Source of the DNA: Octopus vulgaris
Lineage: Eukaryota
Direction of reading: 5' to 3'
Assembly: GCA_951406725.2 (NCBI GenBank)
Contig: OX597821.1
Span: forward strand, 41,726,001 to 41,790,000
Length of the DNA: 64,000 nucleotides
Below, one piece after another: positions 44,250 to 58,395 of this stretch. The stretch's first letter is position 1; every line of letters begins with the position of its first letter. The notes under the pieces are model-generated. The model made no database searches, was not told the DNA's origin, and saw only the letters and a program-made list of their open reading frames with translations. The position numbers and the translations under genes were made by a program.

Positions 44250-44285
44250 CTTTCTGTTGAAGAGTGTAGACTCGAAACGTAAAAT
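44250..44285 (+). ncRNA. Variant minimal hammerhead-like motif
   Basis: ttt-CTGTTGA-a gagt gtag actc-GAAA-cg-TA-aaa, inside a short repeat (~44185-44375) also found at 62340-62515(-) and 63944-64000(+). Confidence 0.5.
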
Positions 44286-45280
44286 ACTTTCTCACATTCC
44301 CGATGGTTAAACTAATACACATGTTTGTTGTTTACACACCTGTCTTCGTCTTATGTTTTTCTGTAAATTCCACTATGTGTATATGTTTGTATGTATGTAT
44401 GTATGTATGTATGTATGTATGTATGTATGTATGTATGTATGTATGTATGTATGTATGTATGCACGTATGTATGCCTCTTCTGTACTTAATTATTCAAATT
44501 CTTCCTCTGACGAAGGAGTTGGTTTCTAACAAAGATACAAAGCTCCATCTTTGGAACGTAGATAACTAAAACGATGTCACATTTTAAACTTGAGAAAAGT
44601 CTAACATATACATAATAATACAGCTGGGTTGCGGATCACTACAGCTGTTTCAGACGTGTTCTTCCTTGAGAAACATCATGCAAAAGATCGATTTCTTGAG
44701 GTGAATGAAGAGAAAATTTAACAGAATTTCTCACAAAATAGAACGTAGGGCAACATGACGCAACCACCTTTGTTATGGCTAGGAGTAAACAGGTTGGTTG
44801 TGTGTGTGTGTGCTGGCGCATATGCGTGTGTTATTGTTCAGTTATAACAAAAACAATTTTACATAAATCTGATGGGTTACTTTTTGCTTTTGCAGAGTCC
44901 AAACATGTTCTTTAACAATAACACTATTGAGAATGACATGGAAGTTTCGGTCACCTGAGCCATCGTCGGGCAGTCCGAAACTGGCCTAAACTTCGAAGTC
45001 ACTGTCAATAAAATTCTTGCTTAAGAAAAATGCGTACGTACATGTACATACAAATATATACACATACTTATATATACATACAATATATATACATGTATAC
45101 ATATAAAACAAATTCGACTCGATATGTATCAAATTCCGCCGAGGTCGACTTTGCCTTTCATCCTTTCGGGGTCGATAAATTAAGTGCCAGTTACGCACTG
45201 GGGGTCGATGTAATCGACTTAATTCGTTTGTCTGTCCTTGTTTGTCCCCTCTATGTTTAGCCCCTTGTGGGTAAAAAAAA

Positions 45281-45335
<55 letters not shown>

Positions 45336-45456
45336 GAAATATATAATATATATTTATATAATATATATATAACATATATATATAATTGAAATATATATAT
45401 ATATTTATATAATATATATATATAACATATATATATAATTGAAATATATATATATT

Positions 45457-45487
<31 letters not shown>

Positions 45488-45521
45488 ATAGAAATTATAT
45501 ATACATACATATATATATATA

Positions 45522-45575
<54 letters not shown>

Positions 45576-46590
45576 GAAATTATATAAAACTGAATGAGAC
45601 TGCGCAAGACTCACACAGGAAGGAACATTAATTAGAGTTCACAATAACGTCACGTCACTGTAGATCTAAGATGGCATCCTGTCCATGAACGTATGGGTGC
45701 GCTCGCATATGTGTGTGCGTGTGTGTGTGCACGTGCGTGTATATGTCATTTTCTTCTGATTAAACGAACAGTTAGCTTTGAATTATTTAAAATTATATCG
45801 AAAATAATTGAATAAATAATCTCTGACATTTCAATGTAATTACATTCATGTCTGTGTATTTATTTATTATTTTTCTACTTTTTTTTTCGTTATTTTGCTA
45901 CGACTGAACATTGTCCGTGTATGTCTGTGTATTGCATCGTGTTTACACTAAGTTTCATAAACCCCGCTGTTGTTTATATTATATCTCTTTATATAATAAA
46001 TATGGTTTGAGAGAGAGAGAGGGGCCGACAAAGGAAACCAGAAGGAAGCTTGCACGTAAGGGGAGGAGAATGGGACAGATAGCAATAAGCAGGCTCAGGG
46101 AGTTTATGTTTTTCAGTCTGATTTGTTGCTATATAAATTCTGAGAGAAGAGCCGTAAAGGCAATGACGGAAGAGGCCGGAAAACGTTCCAACTAGATCTG
46201 GTCTTAGAGTAAAAAAACAACTCCCTACTTATGAATCGTTGTTTCATAGCTAAAGACTTTAAACGGGTGTCATAAATGTGGCTCGGCTTTGAGACACTTG
46301 ACCATCATGAGATATCCAGATATGAGCCTAGTCGATGGCACAAAATACGATGGCACATATCTTACTCTTTTACTTGTTTCAGTCATTTGACTGCGGTCAT
46401 GCTGGAGCCCCGCCTTTAGTCGACCAAATCGACCCCGAGACTTATTCTTTGTAAGCCCAGTACTTATTCTATCGGTCTCTTTTGCCGAACCGCTAAGTTA
46501 CGGGGACATAAACACACCAGCATCGGTTGTCAAGCAATGCTAGAGGGACAAGGGACAAACACAGACACAAACACACACACACACAAACAT

Positions 46591-46628
<38 letters not shown>

Positions 46629-46638
46629 GCGCACACAC

Positions 46639-46670
<32 letters not shown>

Positions 46671-49600
46671 GAATGAAGAAAAAGTAAAAACCATAGACGA
46701 GGAAATCAACGAAGAAGCCATCAAACTAATAGACGACAACAATACTGAAACATTAACAGCACTATGGAATGAAGAATGTGAAAAAGAGGAACTTAAGTCC
46801 CTCCAACGATGGGAAAAGAGCGCCATCTGGTTTCTAGATTATGAAACCAACTTCAAAAATGAACACATATCCAACAACCCCTTCATAAAATTAAGCAAAT
46901 CAAAACCAAATACCAATAGAACGGAACAACCACCAAGAAATCCTACCACACTCTACACCAGAAAAGTACACCTAAAACACACCCCACACTACCTACACCA
47001 ACCCCAAAACACCTACAGAGGCCCACCACACCAGTTCGAAAATAGACATACCAACAGAGCAGAACAACCACCAAGAAATCCAAACACACTCTACACCAGA
47101 AAAATGCATTTAAAACGCACCCCACACTACCTACACCAACCCCAAAACACTTATAGGGTCCCACCACACCATTCCACGAACCTAAGAGCCACAACATACA
47201 ATACTATAAAATACAACCCACATAACCAAACCAAAACGCTACTACCAAACATCCACCCCAGGAACCAACCATACAACAAATGCACTACGGAGGAAACAAC
47301 TACCAACACAATACACCTGAGGAACTAAGACGTAACACTAGGTTCAACAACAGACTCCAGAACAGAGCACCACAAACTCACTCTGATAATTATAACAACA
47401 TGAGACAGATAAATAATAGCTTTGAACATAACTACACCAACCATTTTTTAGACCCCACACACAGGAACAGGGACACACGATGGCAAAGGACAAACAAAAG
47501 AAACCTCAGGTAATTAAGATAATCAATCTCTCAAACAAAGAACTTACACCTAACGAAATAAGCATACTCTCCAAAGGACTTAAATTTACACCCACCCCAC
47601 AACGTTCTAATTATTATGAAATGAAAGATGATATTTCGGAATTTTGCAGAAAACTAAGACTCACCGAGGCATTTCAAGACAAACAAATAGAGGAGGACTC
47701 AATAGCTAGAAACAAGAGCAATTACACCCCCACCAAAGGTAAGAATAAAGCCTTAGACCGCTATTGTGACTACATAACTAATTTCCCGTTTCAATTCATC
47801 AAGAAACAAAACACAGCCCTAACTTCAACAAAAGAGAATGGAACGACCTCATCAAACTAAGAGAAGACAAAACAATAACAATTAAGGAGGCAGATAAGGG
47901 CAACGCGATAGTAATAATGAATACAAACAATTATAAAAATTTAGTGCTATCCCTATTAAGAGATGAAACGTATTATGAAAGGGCCCAACAGTATAACCAG
48001 CAAAAAATAATGCATAACCTTAGGACATTAATCAACACATACCAAGAAGGACTCACGAACAAGGAGTATGAATACATCACTAACTTCAAATGCAAATCGA
48101 GTTTGTTCTATGGTATCCCTAAGGTACACAAAAGCCAAACCATTAGAGAAACGTGCAAAACATCCACCGACACACTCATCAAAATCCCTTCACCAAATGA
48201 TCTTAAACTAAGACCGATAATAGCAGGGCCAGCATGTGAAACTCACCGCCTCAGCAATTTCTTAGACACACTTCTTAAACCTTTCCTAAAACACATCAAA
48301 AGCTACGTAAGAGACGATATAGATATGCTCAACCACCTCCCTAAAACAGTCAATGAGAAAACCCTTCTAGTATCATTCGACGTAGTTAATCTTTATTCTA
48401 ACATCCCTCACAACCTAGGAATAGAAGCAATCACCTTCTGGCTGAATAACTACCCCTTTGAACTCCCAACTCGCATAAACAAAGACCTTATAATAGAAGG
48501 ACTTTGATTCATTTTAGAGAACAATTATTTTATTTTTGACAATGATTTCTACAGGCAAAGATCGGGAACAGCGATGGGCACGCGTACTGCACCATCTTTT
48601 GCCAACCTAGTGATGGGATACCTCGAGAAAATACTATACCGGATGACACTCGAGAAATATGGAAACACCTTCGCCACCTATATCCATAACAACTGGAAAA
48701 GATACCTCGATGACTGTTTCATCATCTGGGACAAAGGCATAGAGAAACTTGAGGAATTTAAAATTCTATTAAATGGAATAAATGACAATATACAATTCAC
48801 GATGGACCACAACGAAAAAGAATTACCATTTTTAGACATCCTCATTAAGATAACCGGCAACAAAATAGAGACAGATATCTACTATAAACCGACAGACTCT
48901 AAACAGCACCTACCCTTTGATTCATGCCACCCACGACACACTAGAATGAATGTCCCTTTTTGTTTAGCTAGAAGGATTTGCACCATAATATCAGACACAA
49001 ACACCCGGCACACACGTCTCCAGGAACTTAGAACCACACTCACAAATAGAAACTATCCACAGCCCCTAATAGACAGTGCAATCCAACGGGTACTTAAATT
49101 AAGTATAGAAGACCTGAGACAAACAAAACAAAAAAAGAAAGAACAATTAAAAACCCTTCCCTACATCTCTACACACAACCCACTCAACAATGAGGCCTTC
49201 AACACCATACTACAAAGCACAGCCCTACTAAAGGGAGACCCAAAGATGAACTGGATCCTCGAAACACACACCATCATTAAAAGTAAACGGCAACCAAAAT
49301 CCTTGAAAAGGATTTTAACCCAACTACACTGCACTCAACATCAACCACAAAACCAGCAGTTAGAAAATGTGGAAGGCCCAACTGCGGAATCTGTGTCATC
49401 TTGAAAGAAGGATCAGAATTTATACTGGAACAAGGCCACCAGTTCACCATTAGAACAAACTTCACCTGCGCATCAGAAAACTTAATTTACGTCATAACAT
49501 GCGCAGGCTGCAATAGGCAGTATATAGGCCATACAAAAAATAGCTTACGTAACAGGATGGCGGTGCATAAATCACAAATTAGAAACCCTGATTACCGCAA

Positions 49601-50741
49601 AATACCGGTCAGCGGATGTGCTGGAAATGTAAATCCGAAATTTACAACTAACCCGCTCTATAAATTCAGTGACAACGCAACCTTCACACAACGCCAAAAT
49701 AAAGAACTATATTTCATTAAAAAATTTAGACCAAGTTTAAACACCCTGGGCCAGGAATACTAAAACAAAAGATAAGTCCTCCGAAAAAGAGAACCAAATT
49801 TCACCACGGCCGCTACTTCAAACAGACACTCACTCTGACGGAAATATGCCTTAGTAAAAAAGGGAAAAAAATTCTTTCGTGCAAATCTGACCCTGATACA
49901 TACGATACAGCTAAGGGTCAGACCCGATTCTGATTGGTCAACAAGTTGATGACGTCTAGCTCTGCTAGAATGGACAGGATACAAACAGGGGACAGTCATT
50001 AGTCAGAATATTGATGACGTCCTTTTCTGCTTGAATAGTCACCTAACAAGTACAGACAGGGGGCAGATCTAATGTAGCTATAAGTCGTGATTGGGCAGAA
50101 TCTGGATGACGTCCCGCTATGCTTGACTAACGAAGCGACTGGTCAAGACAGGAAACAAACAAGAGGGAGTTATAATGCAGCGATTGGTCAAAATAATGAT
50201 GACGTCCCGTTCCACTTGATTAAAGCCACCTAACGAAACGATTGGTCAAAACATTGATGACGTCACACTACGCTAGATTGACCACCTAACAGGCATTATA
50301 AAACCGAGCATTTCACAAAAAATCACTAGAACCACCCAGCGAACTTCCACCATGGGTCATCACAATTGCTTAAGGTAAAAATGAATTCCTCGCTCTTTCG
50401 GAAACATCAATCTTCTGTATTGACCGCTTTCCACCACTTTGATCTGTTTTTTGTATTGAATACGTATCGCCACCGTGGGCCACTGCATCGAACACTTTGA
50501 ACATATACTTCAAACTATATATCAACTATACATGAACTATATATCAACTATACATGAACTCTAAGATGTCTGACTCCGTTGTGTATTATAAATGAATTTC
50601 TTGTGTTTGACGGCATGAGCTGTCTCTTTTTATATATAACTTTTTTTGATAAGGTTCATTTCAGGAACTGAAACATGTTATAATGTATATATAAAATTTA
50701 AAAATTGTATAATACAGCAGCATTTTCGAACTTCATTTTTT

Positions 50742-50745
<4 letters not shown>
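46671..50745 (+). mobile_element. Penelope-like retroelement (RT + Cys knuckle + GIY-YIG), 5'-truncated and frameshifted, Neptune-like
   Basis: RT motifs LRPII, SFDVVNLYSNI, GTAMGTRTAPSFANL, RYLDDCF, FLD and YYKPT. Then CGRPNCGIC and GIY-YIG NLIYVITC..C.RQYIGHT...R. Nonsense at 48505-48507 plus frameshifts. Inserted in the internal CA/TA tract of a family A SINE. Confidence 0.93.
49930..50305 (+). promoter_or_regulatory. Repeated CCAAT(reverse)+CRE modules followed by TATA in the 3' repeat of the Penelope-like element
   Basis: Five units resembling gATTGGtca-N7-gaTGACGTC at ~49932, 49997, 50089, 50182 and 50240, then TATAAAA at ~50297. Confidence 0.55.
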
Positions 50746-50820
<75 letters not shown>

Positions 50821-50999
50821 CATACATATATACGACAGGTTTCTTTGAGTTTCCGTCTACCAAATCCACTCACAAGGCTTTGGTCGGCCCGAAGCTATAG
50901 TGGAAGACACTTGCCCAAGATGCCACGCAGTGGGACTGAATACAAACCCATGTGGTTGGTAAGCAAGCTTCTTACCACACTGCCTCTCCTGTGCCTATG

Positions 51000-51071
<72 letters not shown>

Positions 51072-51789
51072 TGTATATATGTATGTATATATTTGTCAGT
51101 CTGTCAAATTATATCTAACAGCAAGTTAACATTTAACCGAATAATTTCTCAGTACACTTTAGTAGGTTTTTATTTATCAACTTTTACAAGAAAACGTTGC
51201 AAGTGACCTCGAATTTTCTGCTGTGTGTATCTGTGTGTGTGTGCATTTGATTTGTTGGTATATTTGAAAATGCATTTAAAATTATTCGTAACTTTTTTTC
51301 CGATGTTTTTAGTAAGTTTCGAGAAACAAACTGAGCACAACGGCACTGCAGCTTACCAGAGCCGAGTTCATGTAATTTAGTTACCTGATTCGACTTATAG
51401 GAACTTAATTCTTTCTAATCCTCTATTACTGTACATATTGATTCATATTAATTACTGAATGGATGCTCCGACATCAATATTTTGTTCGGTGAATTGAACT
51501 CCTTAGAATTTCTCATCCTCTCGGTGGGTCACGCATTTTTAATTATCGATTAAGACTGTTTGACCCTCATTACGATGTTATTAGTTTGTGACAGGTATAT
51601 TATGATTCACTTTTGCAGCCATGTTTCGGCTTAAATATGAGGCCTTCTGATTAGTAGAAGAAACCTTAATTGTTTTTCAATGTTGAGTAATTTCAAAAAT
51701 TTTTTTTAAAGAAAAAATATTAAAATTATTAAAAAAACACACACACACACATACATACATACATACATATATATATATATATGTATGTA

Positions 51790-51849
<60 letters not shown>

Positions 51850-52056
51850 AAATATTTTTTAAACATTTAAAAAAACATAAATAGAAATATGTAAAAAATA
51901 CAAATACAAAAAATATTTTAAAAAGTATAAATAGTAAATGAGTGGAAATCGAACCGGTGAGTGTGTTAGATAATAAGGCATTAAGACAATATGATTCACC
52001 TCAGACACAACAAAATTTTAAAGAATAGTTAAAAAGAAATATTCATCTAAACTTAC

Positions 52057-52219
52057 CGTCGCAGATATCTAACCACGTTTCTTACCCACGCATAACGGTT
52101 AAATCGATTGGATATCATTGGCAAAAAGGGCTGAGAACCTATATTCCAACCACCGACAGCCAGAAGAATTTTCAGTTTAGGATTTTTTCGTTTTAGTGCC
52201 AAAGTCCGATCATAAAGAC
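52057..52219 (-). CDS. GH18 chitinase exon 3
   Basis: ttttag|(G)LYDRTLALKRKNPKLKILLAVGGWNIGSQPFLPMISNRFNRYAWVRNVVRYLR(R)|gtaagt; KxxxxxGGW motif; 163 nt, phase 1/2. Confidence 0.96.
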
Positions 52220-52489
52220 CTAAAACGTGCGTAAAATTGAATATTTTTTAGACTTCAAATATAATAAAGTGTACGAGAAGGAATCAAGGTAAACAAAAAT
52301 AATTTCCGTATTGTTGTTGCATCGGTAAAAAAAAAAAAACTGTATTTCTTTTTTTTTTCTTTTTTATTTTTTCATATTCTTGGCGGTAATGTTTATGGAT
52401 TACGTTTAAATTTTTTTTGCAGCCCGTTTAATTTTTACTGATAGAATATGGAGAAAATCTTGCGAGGTATGTTAACTGTTCATTTAAAT

Positions 52490-52729
52490 TAGTGGTTCTC
52501 AACTATGATCCTTGGTGGTCCATAAAAGATTTTATTATTAAAGATTATCTGTAATAGACTGATAATACTTCTACACTACACAACATATCTTATCAGTTTT
52601 TTTCCCTACAATTCCCGATAATATTTGTTTATAAAAATATAACTGGAGTTTTTAAAACATCAGAAGATCCATCCAAGTGAAATAGGAATCAAAGTGGATC
52701 CATATGCAAAAACTAGCTTAGAATCACTG
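52490..52729. mobile_element. hAT-like MITE remnant
   Basis: Short imperfect TIRs (agtggttctcaac / gcttagaatcact). Confidence 0.4.
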
Positions 52730-53102
52730 ATCTAAATCAACGGCAATTTGGTAAGATGCTTCCACCACCTAATCTATAGTTTTTTCTGCCAATAAATTCT
52801 CTGAATATTTATTTCTGCAATGATTCTCTTCAACTACATTAACACATTTACAGCCTCGTATATTTACTTGGCAATTCATTTGTCACTATTTAAATAACTT
52901 CATTGAAGTTTATGATTTGCTAATGATGTCAGAATAAAAACGAAACATTTCTTTTGTTTTTAATCTTCCTGTATTTATTTCTAATTTGCTTTTTAATGTT
53001 CCCAGCATTAAATGTATCTATTACATTGAAGTGCGAACGATAAATTCCTATGGGGTAAAAAGTTTGTCATGCTGTGGATAGGGGACGGTAAAAGTGTATG
53101 TT

Positions 53103-53138
<36 letters not shown>

Positions 53139-54041
53139 GGATTCAAACGGCCGCTACTGGCACCTGCACATTTACACACATACGAAGGTTATTGGCGCAT
53201 ACACACACAGGCGTCAATTAGTTGTGTGTGCGCGCGTGTGTGTGTGTGTGTGAAAGAGAGAGAAAGAAAGAGAGAGACAGTGGAGGGGATATTATACGCT
53301 TACGCACAACGTATTTAGGTGTCGTATGTTGAACTACGAAGCTGAAAGAAAGTAGAAAATGAACGATGACGATCGACGAGAACATTTTGCATAAATAGGA
53401 ACGAGTAAATAGTTTGAAGAGAAAATATAACTGGAAAGAATAGAAAAGATTTCCCAGAAATTAATCAAAAGATTATGAAAGAAACAACACGAGATTATGA
53501 GTGAGTGAGTGAGATGTTTATGGCTGATACTATACTGCAAAATAGGCTGTGGAGTTTCCATGGGTTCTGCTGGTGTTAATAATAATTTAGCGAAACGAAT
53601 TTGCAAAGAAGAGTTTCAATGGATTGAAGCGACACACGTAAACTTTGTATTGATTCAGTTAAGACAAAAGATAATGAAGCCACCTGTGATATTTGGACTT
53701 GAAATTGTAAAGACATGATAAAAACAGAAAAATACTGGCGTTCTGACGTCATCATCTTAGAAAGATAATTAAATATTGATCTATTAACTTAGATGCACGT
53801 GTGCGTACATTTATACGTGATTCAATGGTTGCATGTATGCGTGTATAACTGCACGTTTGTCACCTCTCTGAGTTCATGACGTGCTTTTCGTAACTGAATT
53901 GCTTGGTTAAGGCTTGACGTCACAACTGTTATTTATATTTCTCGTATCAAACTGAGACATTTGAAAATGTGTTTGTTTCTAGTCAATGTTTGAAGGCGGA
54001 GTAAACAGGCTTTTCTAATAGAATTATCTGACATGACTTGC

Positions 54042-54224
54042 CTCTTTCGGGTTGAACATCATTATCGTTAACTGGAACCAAACTGCGACCATCTCTGGAA
54101 ACGTCGACAAAAGCAAATATGATGTGCGTACACAGATATGGATTGATATTTTCTGGGACAAATTTACCAATTCCTCTTCGTGTTTGGGCGAAACTAGTGT
54201 AATAACAAAATATTTGGTTGGCCC
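54042..54224 (-). CDS. GH18 chitinase exon 2 (GC donor)
   Basis: ttatcag|(G)ANQIFCYYTSFAQTRRGIGKFVPENINPYLCTHIIFAFVDVSRDGRSLVPVNDNDVQPER(G)|gcaagt; CYY and LCTHIIFAF motifs; 183 nt, phase 1/1. Confidence 0.94.
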
Positions 54225-55151
54225 CTGATAATTAGAAAACAGAATGAGAAAAGATAAATTAGTCAATTAGTTTTATTTGAATAAATAGTTTAACGTATCT
54301 TCTTTAGCCATCAGTTAACAGATAAAAATGTTGTCCCATTTTTAGGACGTTAAATAGCACTTTGAAGGAGACCTGGTTCTTATTTCTTGCAACCTCGCTT
54401 GTTCATTTTGTTTATGATGGAGTTATCATAAAATGGCGTACTTTCTCCTCTCCCCCACCAACGCGGTTCCGTCTTCCTTGTTACTGACCTTGTCTCAGAG
54501 AACATGTGAAGGCCTGGGAGCAACTTCTACATCGAGACCACACCAATTGAAAAATAAAATAAAACATTACAAAGACACTCGAAAGCAAAATGGTTGGTCT
54601 TTTGTGGAAATGGAATTTGTGTAGTGGTACTCTATGTATAAAGTTTGCGGAGGTGTAGACATACAGATCTGTCTCCGTTAGTATGTTTTCTTTCTTTTAT
54701 GTATTGGTTAAGTTTGTGAGGTTTTATGTGTGCATGCGGTGTGTGTAGGGGCACACCCCCTACAAAGATTATACATACACATACAACACCGCTATACAAA
54801 TTCCATTTCCACAAGAACACCAACCTTAAGGACGCACATATTTCCCACGAACACTTCCAGATAACTCTTACTGACTTGCAACAGAGACGATGTTTTTATA
54901 CGAAGGAACATAACTCTTAATTTACTCTCGTACTCGTTTCATTCCATCATCATTTTCCCAGCAACTGCAAACCATTGTGTTTATTCACCCCCCGAAATAG
55001 AGAGTAGTTGTCATATTTCATTCAATAGAAACTACCTCTGATGAGCGTAGAGTTACATAACCGGATAATTACTTAACACTCCCTTGAATCCATAGCGTGA
55101 AATTGATTGGTAAGATCAGCCGTAAAGGATATATAATACTGTACACTTCAG

Positions 55152-55193
<42 letters not shown>

Positions 55194-55371
55194 CACAAGA
55201 ATATATACACAGAGACACACACACTCACTCACACGCAGATATGGTGGTGCAAACAGGAAAAAAAAACTCAAAATATGAGTATATGTATATTCTTATTAAC
55301 GCACGAAACTCTCGACCCTTCAGTCAGTCACTCTGTTACTTCTGCTAAATATCAAGATACATACATAATGC

Positions 55372-55446
<75 letters not shown>

Positions 55447-55574
55447 TATTCTGTCAAATATATACACACACATATATATACATATATATATTCTGTCTGA
55501 TATATACACACACACACATACACACACACATACATACATATATATATATATATGTATATATATATACGTATATA

Positions 55575-55755
55575 TAATTAGACACAATGAGATAACAATG
55601 CCAAGGCTGTGAGGAGTTTCCATAACATTTATAATGAAATAGTCTTACAGCTGTTTCAGGGATATTCTGAGAAACAGCCGTAAGACTATTTCATTATAAA
55701 TGTCCTGAAAATTCCTCACAGTCTTGGCTTTGTTATCTCATTCTGTTTAATATAT
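55575..55755. repeat. ~85-bp-arm hairpin of an HHR-bearing family (same family as ~61750-61990)
   Basis: The inverted arms turn at ttacagctgtttc-agggatattctga-gaaacagccgtaa, which is inside HHR stem II. Confidence 0.7.
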
Positions 55756-55950
55756 ACATCCATGCTAACACAAGACCGACATTAGACACCTCACTCGTAT
55801 CATTACCGAACCAAGAGTTTAACTACGGTCTGGTCATAGCGCTTAGCGTTACGTGATACTCTTTGGGTCTTCTAGATTCCAATACCTCTCGTAGCCACGT
55901 TATATAGATATATACTATTGTCTGGGGAGAGTTATTCTCATTTAGTGCCT

Positions 55951-55994
<44 letters not shown>

Positions 55995-56031
55995 AATTTA
56001 TTTATATGTATATATATAAATATATATATAA

Positions 56032-56119
<88 letters not shown>

Positions 56120-58340
56120 GGTAGTAAGATTTAGTATTGTTTATCAGTTTAACAGACGTTCTTTTTGTGGCAGTCTCCTGCAAACAGCAGCTAATTAGAA
56201 GACAAGAGTTTATTAAAAATTAACAGCCTGCAATAATTAAACTGGTTTGTCTGGTCGCTGCAGGAAATTTTGCTCTGTCTTGGATAAAGTATTTACCTCG
56301 CAGCCTGAAGGACGGAAGCCGAAAGAAGCAAGTTGTGTGTGTGTGTGTGTGTAAGTGAGCGTGTGTGGGTGTGTGTGAGTGCGTGTGCATGCGTGTGTGT
56401 GTGTGTGTCCCTTTGTCTGTCTGTATGAGTGTGCGTGTGCGTGTGCCGCTCTGTCTGTCTGCGTGAATGTGTGTGCTTGTGTCTCTCTGTCTGTCCGTGT
56501 GAATGTGCGTGCGTGCGTGTGTGTGTGTATGTGTATATGCGTGTGCGCTTGCGTGTTGTATGTCTGTCCCCGTCTGTCTGTGTGAGTGTGTGTGTGTGTG
56601 TGTTCGCGCGCGCGTGTCTTTGTATCTGTTTCTCCTCCATCACTGACTGACAAACCGGTATTGGTGTGTTTACGTTCCCTGAACCACTGGGTTAGACAAA
56701 ATACCGATAGAACAGCTACCAGACTTCAAAATATATATAAATCCTGGGGTCGATTCCTTCGACTAAAATTCTTCGAGGCAGTGCTCCAGCAAGGCCGCAG
56801 TCTAACGATTGAAAGAAGTAAAAGATAAGGCATCTGGGAGATCATCTCATGTAATTACAACATAAATGCTTTCTATATGAGGATGGAGGAGTTTCCTTAA
56901 AAGTCCTGTGTTTTTGCCGACATCATCCGCGTCGAACAAGACATATCCGTCTGTCTCTCAGTAATTAAGCAACAAACGAATGAAGGAGTGTTAATGAGGC
57001 CACATTGCCCGCTAGAAACAGCAGCCAAATTCACACACATTCAAGCACACATAGGAGCACTCCGTCGGCTACGACGACGAGGGTCCCAGCTGATCCGATC
57101 AACGGAACAGCCGGCTCGTGAAATTAACGTGCAAATGACTGAGCAATTCACAGACACGTGGATTGCTCAGTCATTTGCACGTTAATTTCACGATTTATAT
57201 ATATTTTGAAGTCTGGTGCCTGTTCTATCGGTCTTTTGTTGAGCCTAGTGGTTCAGGGAACGTAAACACACCAATACCGGTTGTCAGTCAGTGGTGGAGG
57301 ACAAACACAGACACAGAGACACGCGCACACACATACATAAGCACACGTACGCACCTCTAACGCAGTTCTCAGGGAGATTCAGCGTGACGCTGAGTGTGAC
57401 AAGGCCGGCCCTTTTGAAATACAGTTACTTCTCATTTTTGCCAGCTGAGTGGACTGGAGCTGCGTGAAATAAAGTGTCTTGCTCAAGGACACAACGCGTC
57501 GCCGGGAATTGAACTCACGACCTTAGAATCGTGAGCCGAATGCCCTAACCACTAAGCCACGCGCCTTCACCAAGCACACATACATACACGCACACACGAA
57601 CACGCGCGCTAAGATACACACACATACTGACGCTTTTCACACTCATCCATTTATTTTTTTTAAGGATGCATTGGATAATATTGTCCCCTTTGACATGCAA
57701 GAACCTTCCCTTCAAGATCAAGACAGGAACCCCTTTGGTCATAGACCCACTTGGTCGAGGAAGTCCGGGAGCTAAACCACATCTACACCAATAATAGCTT
57801 ATTGCAACTAATTAAACAAACAATGATATTGCAGTTTAATTGTCCGCTGATTATATCAAACTCTTTACAAAATACTTTCGAATACAATGGTTTACGTACT
57901 TTGTCGAGAATTCGTGTGGATTTATTAACAGATTTATTGCAGCTGGTACACGGGCGTAAATTCAAAGGAGACGACTGCAGTGGATTAAATCTAAATAAAT
58001 CTTCTTACCTCTCTGTATGCCTTGTTTGTATTTTACCGATCCGGAAAGGATGGAAAATCAAAGCCCACTATGGTGGGATTTGAAAGTTGTACGTCGTCTG
58101 TGGATCGATTTCTTCCAATAAGAACCAATAATTCACAAAAGGTACAAATCAAGTACTAAGTCTTCTGCTCTAAATAAGCAAATATATATATTTTTTTTCA
58201 TTATCAACACAGCTATTCATAAGAACAACAATACTGCCCTAACAACAAAGAAAAATAAGCATCAAAATATTTATTCGTTCTATTCATAAATAACTGTTTC
58301 ATGTTCTTTAATGGTAAAGTGTTAAGTGAAATCAACTTAC

Positions 58341-58395
58341 CATAAACTTTCCATATTCCGAAGGTGAGTAGCAAAGAGATAACTGTTAGTTTCAT
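58341..58395 (-). CDS. GH18 chitinase first coding exon (signal peptide)
   Basis: aaaATG; MKLTVISLLLTFGIWKVY(G)|gtaagt, phase 1, matching exon 2. The ten exons total 1440 nt = 479 aa + stop. An acceptor-like ttttatttttcatatag 15 nt upstream of the ATG suggests a 5'UTR intron. Confidence 0.88.
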
